From: Vicinamibacteria bacterium
GTDB lineage: Bacteria > Acidobacteriota > Vicinamibacteria > Marinacidobacterales > Marinacidobacteraceae
Direction of reading: 5' to 3'
Assembly: GCA_963668695.2 (NCBI GenBank)
Contig: CAXXLQ010000004.1
Location: 2,875,187-2,939,186, forward strand
DNA: 64,000 nt
Positions 19,613-27,139 of the stretch are shown here, one piece after another. The position numbers and the translations under genes are program-made. The notes beneath the pieces were generated by a model that saw nothing but the letters and a program-made list of their open reading frames with translations, was not told the origin of the DNA and did not search any database. The stretch's first letter is position 1. Every line of letters begins with the position of its first letter.

Positions 19613-22296
19613 GCGCCCGGTGTCGCCTCGGCGTCCGCCGCTACCGGCGGGAGAACTTCGATGACGTGCTCCTCCCACGGGAAGCTCGCCCGGCGCTGTT
19701 TCGCGGCGAGGGCGGCCGCCGTCGTGAAGCCCGTAGGGAGATAGCGTGGCCGGTCGCGCCCGTCCGGCGTGCCGTCCTTCGTGAAGCGCGTCTTCCACGA
19801 GAGCGTCAGCGTCTCGCGGGCCCGGGTCATGGCGACGTACATACACCGCCGCTCTTCCGATTCGGCGCGTCCTCCGTCCTTGATCTGCCAGGCGGTGGCG
19901 TCCGCCACCAGGGCGATGTTCCAGACCCCGGGCTCGCTTTCGACCACCCGGGGAATACCGGTGTTCCGGCCGCCGCGCCCGCCACAGTCCACGACGAAGA
20001 CGTGGTCGAACTCCAGACCCTTGGCGGCGTGGATCGAAAGGGCCTGGACGGCCCCCTTCGCCTGGACCGCCGCCTGGGTCGCATCGCCATCTGCCGCCTC
20101 GGCCAGCCGCTCGGCGATCCGCTCGAAACCGGTGAAACCTCCGCGCTCGAAGCTGCGCACCAACTGGAGGCCCTTCGCCACGTTCGCGGACTGCTGCCGG
20201 GCCTCGTAGCCGTTCCCGGCGGCCGCCTCGGCGCGGCGCACGTACTGCGTTTCCTCGAGAATCCGGGCGACGGTGCGGGAAGGCGGCAGCCGGCGCGCGA
20301 GCCGGACCCAGGGCGCCACCCGGTCTCCCGCCCGCTGGAGCCGCTCCGCGCGGTCCGAGCCCAGCGAGGGCGGAAGCTCCTGCGCTCCACAACGGAGGAG
20401 GTCCGAAAACGGAGTGGGGGACCCCCTGGCCCGGCGCAGCCGGACGAAGTCGTCGCCGGGGAGCGCAAAGAATCGGGAGCGCAGGAGTTCCACGGCCCGC
20501 CGGTCGGAGTGGGGACGCGCCAGATAGCGGCAAAGGGCGCGCAGATCGCGGATTTCGCTGGTTTCGAAGAAGTCCGCGCCCTTGAGCAGGTAGGTGGGGA
20601 TCCCCAACTCCTCCACGGCGGTACGGTAGATCGGAAGCCGGGTACCGGCCCGCGCCAGGAGGGCGATCTGCTCGGGTTCGACCCGGTCTTCCTGGACGAG
20701 CGCCGCGATCCGCCGGGCGAGGCGGGCGGCGACGTCCTCGTGGCTCGCGGCCACCCCCACCGCCAGCGCCGATCGTTCCGAGCGCCTTTCCTCCTCCGGG
20801 CCCGGCGCTTCGGGCAGGAGGTCGTCCTCGTCGTAACGGAAGGCCCAGTCGGCGTCGCGATCGGCCTCCGAGCTCTCGGCGATCCGGTGTGAAGCGCGGT
20901 TCACGAAGCGGCGCAGGAGGTGGTGGGAACGGAAGTTCCAGCGGAGCACCACCCGCGGCGAAGCCGTGTCGTCCGGAGCCGCCAGGGAGCCGATCTCCCT
21001 CTCGGCCCGCTGCAGGATCTCCACGCGGGCGTCGCGGAAGCGGTAGATGGACTGCTTGTGGTCGCCCACCACGAAGATGGTCGGCCGCGAGAGCCGGCCC
21101 GCCGTAACGCGCTGCACTTCCTCGGCGGCGAGCCCCATCCCCGCGGCCCAGGGGGCGATGACCGCGCGGAGCAGGTCCCACTGGTGGTCGCTCGTGTCGT
21201 GGAACTCGTCGAGGAGCAGATGGTGATAGCGGGCTTCGAGACGGAAGCGGCTCGCCGAGAACTCTCCGAGACGCGAGAGCAGGTGGGTGGCGGCCAGCGT
21301 CAGGTCGTCAAAGTCCATGACCCCCCGGTCCTGCTTGAGCCGCTGGTATTCCGCCTCGACCGCCCGGAAGAGTCGCCAGACCGGATCGAAGGCCCGCTCG
21401 TTCAGGAAGTCGAGCCAAAGGGATCGGAACGCCTTGACCCGCCCGGCCACGGCGACGTAGTCCTCCTTCAGTTCGCCGGGAAACCCGCGCGGCGGGTTCT
21501 TGCGTCTGATGGAGAAGTAGCTCTCGAGCGCCTCCCGGTCCAGCGCGTCCCGGCTGCTTTCCTGTTCCTCGAGCCGGAGGGCCAGGCGGACCGCCAGCGG
21601 CATTTGCAGCGGCATTTCCAGCCCCGGAAGCCCGTCGAGCGCTGCCTCCCGGAGACGTTCGCACGCGGGTGCGATCTCACCGAAGAAGGTGCGGAGGCAC
21701 GGCGGAGAGGTGGGTTGCCGGTCCTCTGCCGCCGCTTTCTCCTCAAAATACCGCCGCCAGGTGAGTCGCCGGTCGAGGTAGCTGCGGACCGCCTTTACGA
21801 CCTCGCCGCGGGAGCGGCCGAGCAGCAGGGGCAGGGAACCCAGCACGTCGCGATCGAAGCCGGTGACTCCGGAGAGGACCCGCCGGATGGCCTCCTCGCG
21901 CACCACCGGCATCGACCGTTCGTCCAGGACCTCGACGCCGGGGCTCACCCCGGCATCCAGCGGAAACTCGCGGATCAGCCCGAGGGTGAAGGCGTCGAGC
22001 GTCGAGATGTTCACTTCGGCAATGTCGGTCCGGCCGGCGAGGGCCTGCCGCCGGTGCGCCTTCCCCAGTTCGCCGACGATCCGGTCCTTCATCTCCTGCG
22101 CCGCTTTCCTCGTGAAGGTGAGGGCGAGGATGTTCCGGGGCGGCGTTCCCGCCTCGACCAGCGCCACGTAGCGGTCGGTCAGCACCGTCGTCTTCCCGGT
22201 TCCGGCCGATGCCCGCAGCACGACGTTGCGCCGCGGGTCGGCGGCGGCGCGCCGGGCCTCCAGATCGGGAGGGAAAGGAGCGCGCGAGGAGTTCAT
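19609..22296 (-). CDS. UvrD/PcrA/AddA-like superfamily-1 DNA helicase (no C-terminal nuclease domain seen)
   Basis: Walker A ASAGTGKTTVL, plus ILALTFTRKAAQEM, VVGDHKQSIYRFRDA, SIHAAKGLEFDHVFVVD and YVAMTRARETL. ATG at 22296 lies 5 nt downstream of the upstream gene's stop. Confidence 0.88.
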   Translation of the reverse strand: MNSSRAPFPPDLEARRAAADPRRNVVLRASAGTGKTTVLTDRYVALVEAGTPPRNILALTFTRKAAQEMKDRIVGELGKAHRRQALAGRTDIAEVNISTLDAFTLGLIREFPLDAGVSPGVEVLDERSMPVVREEAIRRVLSGVTGFDRDVLGSLPLLLGRSRGEVVKAVRSYLDRRLTWRRYFEEKAAAEDRQPTSPPCLRTFFGEIAPACERLREAALDGLPGLEMPLQMPLAVRLALRLEEQESSRDALDREALESYFSIRRKNPPRGFPGELKEDYVAVAGRVKAFRSLWLDFLNERAFDPVWRLFRAVEAEYQRLKQDRGVMDFDDLTLAATHLLSRLGEFSASRFRLEARYHHLLLDEFHDTSDHQWDLLRAVIAPWAAGMGLAAEEVQRVTAGRLSRPTIFVVGDHKQSIYRFRDARVEILQRAEREIGSLAAPDDTASPRVVLRWNFRSHHLLRRFVNRASHRIAESSEADRDADWAFRYDEDDLLPEAPGPEEERRSERSALAVGVAASHEDVAARLARRIAALVQEDRVEPEQIALLARAGTRLPIYRTAVEELGIPTYLLKGADFFETSEIRDLRALCRYLARPHSDRRAVELLRSRFFALPGDDFVRLRRARGSPTPFSDLLRCGAQELPPSLGSDRAERLQRAGDRVAPWVRLARRLPPSRTVARILEETQYVRRAEAAAGNGYEARQQSANVAKGLQLVRSFERGGFTGFERIAERLAEAADGDATQAAVQAKGAVQALSIHAAKGLEFDHVFVVDCGGRGGRNTGIPRVVESEPGVWNIALVADATAWQIKDGGRAESEERRCMYVAMTRARETLTLSWKTRFTKDGTPDGRDRPRYLPTGFTTAAALAAKQRRASFPWEEHVIEVLPPVAADAEATPGA

Positions 22297-22300
22297 GCCG

Positions 22301-25300
22301 TCAGGAGTCGAAGGGGGCTCCGGCGTCCGCCGGGGGCTGCGGCGCCCGCTCGGGAAGGTCCCGGCGGATGACCAGCTGGAAGTCGAAGTTCCCGTCTTTC
22401 CCGGGCGCGGGTGGGAAGGCCCCGGTGGCGAGTTGGTCGCGGATCTCCGCGAGCTGGGCGTCCTGCTCGGCGTCTTTCGGGGTGTCCTCCGGTCCGATCC
22501 ATCGCCGGCTCCCGAAATAGGGAATGGCGAAGTCGGTGGGGGCTCCGTCCGCGGCCTCCAGGATGCGCGCGTAGAGCCGGGCCTGGAGGGGCTTTTGATA
22601 GAAGCGGCCCGACTTGTATTCGACCACCCGGCGCGTTCCGTCGGGCCGTTGATCGAGGCGGTCCAGCCGGCCTTCAACCCGCAGACGGGGTGTTCCGGGA
22701 GCGGCCGGCTCGGGCTCGCCGCCGATCCACTGCTCGAACTGCACGGGGAGCGACGGTCCGCGGTCCGCTTCTTCCCGGAGGAACCACTCCATCGCGCCGG
22801 GGGTCGCCTCGCCGCCGAAGAGCCAGCGCTCCTCTCCCCGCCGCTGTGTCGCATCCATTCCCCGGGCGCTGGCGAAGCGCCGGAACTCCTCCCGGAAGAA
22901 AGCCAGCAGGTCCTCCAGCGCGGACTCCCGGACGGCGAGTCCCCGATCGCCCAGGGCCCGGTAACTCTCCTCCAGGAACTCATGGAGGATTTCGCCGCGC
23001 TCCGTGGGCGGCGGGACGTCGGCGAGCTGACGCTCCTCGTCGAGCCGCAGCACGTAGCGGGCGAAGAACTGGGCGGGACTGGCCGCGCAGGTGTCCAGCG
23101 CGGTGGGAGAAACCGGGCGTTCCAGCACGGCGGCGGAAGGAGCGCGCCGATCGAGCGTGGTCGGCAGGGGCTCGCACTCCGCCCGGTCCGGCGGGCCCTC
23201 CGTGACTCGGGGTTCAGGAAACGGGATCCGGGAATGCGCCGGGCTGGCGGCGCCGATCGCTTCGGCCAGCTCGACTTCGAACGGGGAGACGGCTACCGGA
23301 AACCCGTCGTCGAGTTCGGGGCGAGTGAAGAGAGCGGCGGTGCGGGGAAGGCCGGGAATGGCTCGCAGGAGCCGGATCTCCCGCTGGCGGGCCCGCGAAT
23401 GGCGCGAGCGAGTGGCTTCCTCAAGGAGGTGGTTGGGAAAGAAGATGTTGCGGGGGCGCGGCCCGGGCCAGTCGGCGTCCGCGACTCCGAGGAGCACCAG
23501 GAAGTCGTAGTCGCCGAAAGGAGCATCGGAGGCGGCGATCAGGGACACCCCCCCGCGATGAATCCCTCCGCCGCCGGTGCCGGTGTCGGGTGGGGGACGC
23601 CGTCCGAGCGTGCGGCCGTTCAGCAGCCGCCGGATGCGCCGGGGGAAGCGACCCGGCCCGCCGGCGAGCGCCCCGGGGGGCGCGGCGGCGGCCGCCTGCC
23701 GGAGCGTTTGGAGCACGGCTTCCTTGACCTCGCCGTCTCCCTCCGCAGGAGGTTCGAGGCACGTTTCCAGGAAGTCGAGAAGCGCCTCGACTGCCGTCTG
23801 GAATCCCGTGCCCGGATCCCTTACCGGGCGCAGTCTCCCGGCAGCGGAAGCGAGCGTCCGGAGAGCGGCGGCGGCCGTCTCGAGCGACTCCGCCCGCCCG
23901 AGCCTTCGCTCGACGATCGCCGGGCTGTTCGCGTCGGCCTGCTCCCCGTTCTGAATGTCACGGCGGATTGCTTCCGCCCTCCCATCCAACGGAATGGCGA
24001 GGGCGGGGAAGGCCTCCGGATCGTTCGTGTCCCGCAGTCCCGCGTCCAGCGCCTGTTTCTGGAGGATGTCGGCCGCCCGCGCGGGGGCGCCAGTGAGTTC
24101 GGAAGCGAGGAAGAACGGGTTGCGCAGCAGGTTCAGGCCGACGGAGATCCGGCCGGGGTGGGCCCCGAACTCCAGGACGTCGGAAACGGCGGCGACCCAG
24201 GGTTCGCTGCTCAGGCGGGAGTCGAGATGCGTGTCGAAGGGGATTCCCAGCCCCGACAGCAGCGTCTCGGCGCTCTCGAGGTACCGGTGGGGCTCCTGGG
24301 CCACGAGCGCGCAGCGTTCGTAGCCCCGAAAGGCCTTTCCGCGGTTCTCCCGGAACCTCAAAATCACCGAAGCCGCCGTCCGGACCTCCGCCTCCCGGTC
24401 GGTCACGCGGCAGACGAGGCCGCTACCCGACTCGGGGACGTAGATCGCCGGCGGGGTTGGAGTCTCCTTCGGCGGGCCGGCATTCAACGGAGGTGCCGGC
24501 ACCGGAGGCGCCGGGAACGGGGCGGAGAAGAGGGTGGGTTGCTTCCGCGGCGGCGACGGGAGCGTGCCGGCAGCCGGGGAACCACCAGGCATCGGGGTCT
24601 CCCGAACTTCCAACCAGCGGGGCAGCAATCCGCGGGGGAAGGGGGGCGGCGCATCGGCGGGAAGCGCCCACCAGAGGCCACCCGGCGGCAGCAGCGTGGC
24701 GAACAACCCGGCATCCGCGAGGCGCAGGGCGTCTTCGCCGACGGCGAGCACCCGCGTTCGGAGCAGCATCGGACGGAGCGCCGGCGCGAATCGGAGCAGG
24801 CGGTCGCGGAGCGAACCCGGATCAACCCGCGCAACCGCTTCGAGCGCTTCCTGGTAGCGGCGATGGGTTCGCCGCAGCCAGCGGGTGAGCGCCAGGAGGC
24901 GCAGCGCCCCCTCGTCCGTTTCCTGCGCTTCGGCAAGCCGCCTTGCGGTCCGCTCGGCGAAAGCCTCGAACGCCGACCCGTCCGGCCTGAGGTGGGCGTC
25001 CTTCGCCTGCTCGTCCAGGAAGGCGAGCAGCGGATCGGCGAGTTGCGCCGGATCCCCGGGAGGGACTTCGGGCTCGGAGGCTCCCGCGAGCAGCGCCTCT
25101 TCGATCAGGATTTCGCGGGTCAGCCGCGGCGCCACCCGGAATGGGGGCTCGAGATCGCCGGCGAGATCGCGCAGCGCGCGGTCTGCCACCCCTATCCAGG
25201 GAAGGGGGGAACCCTCAAGAAGCCGGGCGCGCAGCATGCGGTCAAACACCCAGGCGGCCCCCGTTCCGGGAACGACGATCTGGAGGCGCTCGCTGGCCGG

Positions 25301-25462
25301 GCCGGAGACCTGCCCGGGATCCGCAGGCGAGGCTTCCCCGACGACCCATTCCCGGAGTTCCCCCCAGTTTGGGAACCGCCGGATCTCGATCCGGCGCGGC
25401 GACTCGGGTTCCGGCAGGGAAGAACTCATCAGTCGCAGGATCATACGGAGGGAGCACGCCAT
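22301..25462 (-). CDS. AddB/RecB-like PD-(D/E)XK nuclease subunit
   Basis: Large protein directly upstream of the helicase. C-terminal nuclease motif VEGRLDRLDQRPDGTRRVVEYKSG. No intact Walker A seen in the N-terminal part. Confidence 0.65.
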   Translation of the reverse strand: MACSLRMILRLMSSSLPEPESPRRIEIRRFPNWGELREWVVGEASPADPGQVSGPASERLQIVVPGTGAAWVFDRMLRARLLEGSPLPWIGVADRALRDLAGDLEPPFRVAPRLTREILIEEALLAGASEPEVPPGDPAQLADPLLAFLDEQAKDAHLRPDGSAFEAFAERTARRLAEAQETDEGALRLLALTRWLRRTHRRYQEALEAVARVDPGSLRDRLLRFAPALRPMLLRTRVLAVGEDALRLADAGLFATLLPPGGLWWALPADAPPPFPRGLLPRWLEVRETPMPGGSPAAGTLPSPPRKQPTLFSAPFPAPPVPAPPLNAGPPKETPTPPAIYVPESGSGLVCRVTDREAEVRTAASVILRFRENRGKAFRGYERCALVAQEPHRYLESAETLLSGLGIPFDTHLDSRLSSEPWVAAVSDVLEFGAHPGRISVGLNLLRNPFFLASELTGAPARAADILQKQALDAGLRDTNDPEAFPALAIPLDGRAEAIRRDIQNGEQADANSPAIVERRLGRAESLETAAAALRTLASAAGRLRPVRDPGTGFQTAVEALLDFLETCLEPPAEGDGEVKEAVLQTLRQAAAAAPPGALAGGPGRFPRRIRRLLNGRTLGRRPPPDTGTGGGGIHRGGVSLIAASDAPFGDYDFLVLLGVADADWPGPRPRNIFFPNHLLEEATRSRHSRARQREIRLLRAIPGLPRTAALFTRPELDDGFPVAVSPFEVELAEAIGAASPAHSRIPFPEPRVTEGPPDRAECEPLPTTLDRRAPSAAVLERPVSPTALDTCAASPAQFFARYVLRLDEERQLADVPPPTERGEILHEFLEESYRALGDRGLAVRESALEDLLAFFREEFRRFASARGMDATQRRGEERWLFGGEATPGAMEWFLREEADRGPSLPVQFEQWIGGEPEPAAPGTPRLRVEGRLDRLDQRPDGTRRVVEYKSGRFYQKPLQARLYARILEAADGAPTDFAIPYFGSRRWIGPEDTPKDAEQDAQLAEIRDQLATGAFPPAPGKDGNFDFQLVIRRDLPERAPQPPADAGAPFDS

Positions 25463-25540
25463 TTCCCGCCACCCTGGGAGTGCCCGCGGGCATCGCGATG
25501 GCGCCGGCGTGCTGCAATTTGCCGGGACGCACGCGCCCAG

Positions 25541-25628
25541 TTGTTGTGAGAATGCAGTAGCGCCGGGACGCCGACAGCCCAGCTGGCGCGCTGCCAGGGA
25601 ACGCCGGGCAGTTCTCCCGGTGGAGCCC
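25541..25628 (+). repeat. Second repeat family (B), copy B1, inserted into a CAGTTCTCCCGGTGG module
   Basis: GTTGTTGTGAGAATGCAGTAGCGCCGGGACGCCGACAGCC..CTGGCGCGCTGCCAGGGAACGCCG matches 59298-59379. It is followed by GGCAGTTCTCCCGGTGGAGCCC. Confidence 0.75.
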
Positions 25629-25814
25629 TTCAGACCGGCACCGCGGCCCGGGGGGCCGCGAAACCGCGTACCGTCGATTGCGAAGAAGCGCGGGGTGTGC
25701 AGGCCCCGATCATGGGGATTTCCCCCCCGCGGTTGGTAGCATCGTCGCCGGACCGGCGCCGGTTTCGCCGACTACCTTGGAACCCGACCCGGCGCTCCCA
25801 ACGGAAACGGATTT

Positions 25815-27119
25815 TTGGCGCGGCAACCGGCACACGTGTTCCCACTCGGCACTGCGGGGGCAAACGGGGCACACCTTTTCTCCGAGTCCGCGAGATCTCC
25901 CGCTCCCCTGGACGTGGCGGCATTTGAGTCAGAGCTGCGTTCGTTTCGCGACTTCGGAACGCGAACGAGGCTGGTTCCATTTCCCGACCCGTCGGTCCGG
26001 CTTCCCGTGTACGTCAACGAGTTCTGGACCTCGAAGCAGCGGGCGGCCCATTCGCTGCACGAGATTTCGTACCGCGCCTGCTTCAAGCCGCAGTTGCCGC
26101 GCTTTTTCATTACCCGGCTGGCGCGGCCCGGAGACGTGGTGTACGACCCCTTCATGGGTCGGGGCACCACCCCGCTCGAGGCTGCCCTACTCGGGCGCCG
26201 AGCCGTCGGATCGGACCTGAATCCATTGAGCGCCCGGCTGCTGGAACCCCGCCTGGATCCACCGCAAATCGCCGAGGTGGCCGCACGCCTCGAGTCGCTG
26301 GATCTCGAGCGCCCTTCCGATATCCCGGAGGAACTCCTCGCTTTCTACCATCCGGCCACCCTCCGGCGGGTGGTCAACCTCCGCCGGGAATTGCTCCGTC
26401 GCCGCGCGGAAGGAACCCTCGACCGGGTGGACGCCTGGATCCAGATGGTCGCGACGAATCGGCTCACCGGGCACTCCCCGGGGTTCTTCTCGGTGTACAC
26501 GCTGCCCCCCAACCAGGCGGCTTCGGTCCGGTCCCAGATCCGGATCAACGAGCGCCGGCAGCAGGCTCCTCCGGAGCGGGACGTGAAGGCTCTCATCCTG
26601 AGAAAGTCGGGGTCCCTGCTCGGCCGTTTCGATACCGGTGACGGCGTTCGGTTGGCGGGGGCAGACCCTCTTCTCCTGACCGCTTCGGCCGACTGCACGC
26701 CGGAGCTCGAGGACGGGTCGGTCCGGTTGGTCGTGACCTCGCCGCCCTTCCTCGACGTCGTGAACTACCGGGCGGACAACTGGCTCCGTTGCTGGTTCAA
26801 TGGAGTCGATCCGGATAAGGTGGCGCTGTGGCACTGGAAGCGCGCGGCGGATTGGCAGGCGGCCATGACCCGGGTCTTCTCGGAGCTCTCCCGGGTCCTG
26901 GTCCCGTCCGGGTTGGTGGCCTTCGAAGTTGGCGAGGTGCGAAGTGGGCGCCTGCTGCTGGAGACCCTCGTGGTGCCGGCGGCCAGGGAGGCAGGACTCG
27001 AGCCGCTACTCGTGCTGGTGAACGATCAGCAGTTCACCAAGACCTCCAACTGCTGGGGGGTGGACAACCAGCGAAAGGGCACGAACACCAACCGCGTCGT
27101 GCTGCTCCGAAAGCCCTAG
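25815..27119 (+). CDS. DNA methyltransferase (N4-C/N6-A class, SPPF catalytic motif), no adjacent restriction gene
   Basis: AdoMet motif VVYDPFMGRGTTPLEAALLGR and catalytic motif VVTSPPFLDVVNY. The N-terminal FWTSKQRAAHSLHEISYRACFKPQLP is typical of this MTase group. Start codon uncertain. Confidence 0.8.
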   Translation: MARQPAHVFPLGTAGANGAHLFSESARSPAPLDVAAFESELRSFRDFGTRTRLVPFPDPSVRLPVYVNEFWTSKQRAAHSLHEISYRACFKPQLPRFFITRLARPGDVVYDPFMGRGTTPLEAALLGRRAVGSDLNPLSARLLEPRLDPPQIAEVAARLESLDLERPSDIPEELLAFYHPATLRRVVNLRRELLRRRAEGTLDRVDAWIQMVATNRLTGHSPGFFSVYTLPPNQAASVRSQIRINERRQQAPPERDVKALILRKSGSLLGRFDTGDGVRLAGADPLLLTASADCTPELEDGSVRLVVTSPPFLDVVNYRADNWLRCWFNGVDPDKVALWHWKRAADWQAAMTRVFSELSRVLVPSGLVAFEVGEVRSGRLLLETLVVPAAREAGLEPLLVLVNDQQFTKTSNCWGVDNQRKGTNTNRVVLLRKP

Positions 27120-27139
27120 CCCGAGGAAGACCTGACCGG

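Noticed and set aside
19613-21181. Upstream 520 codons of ORF 19100-21181 (minus)
   Set aside because: It overlaps the UvrD-like helicase in another frame and is low-complexity. Only the part downstream of the helicase stop (19100-19612) is kept, as a tentative gene.
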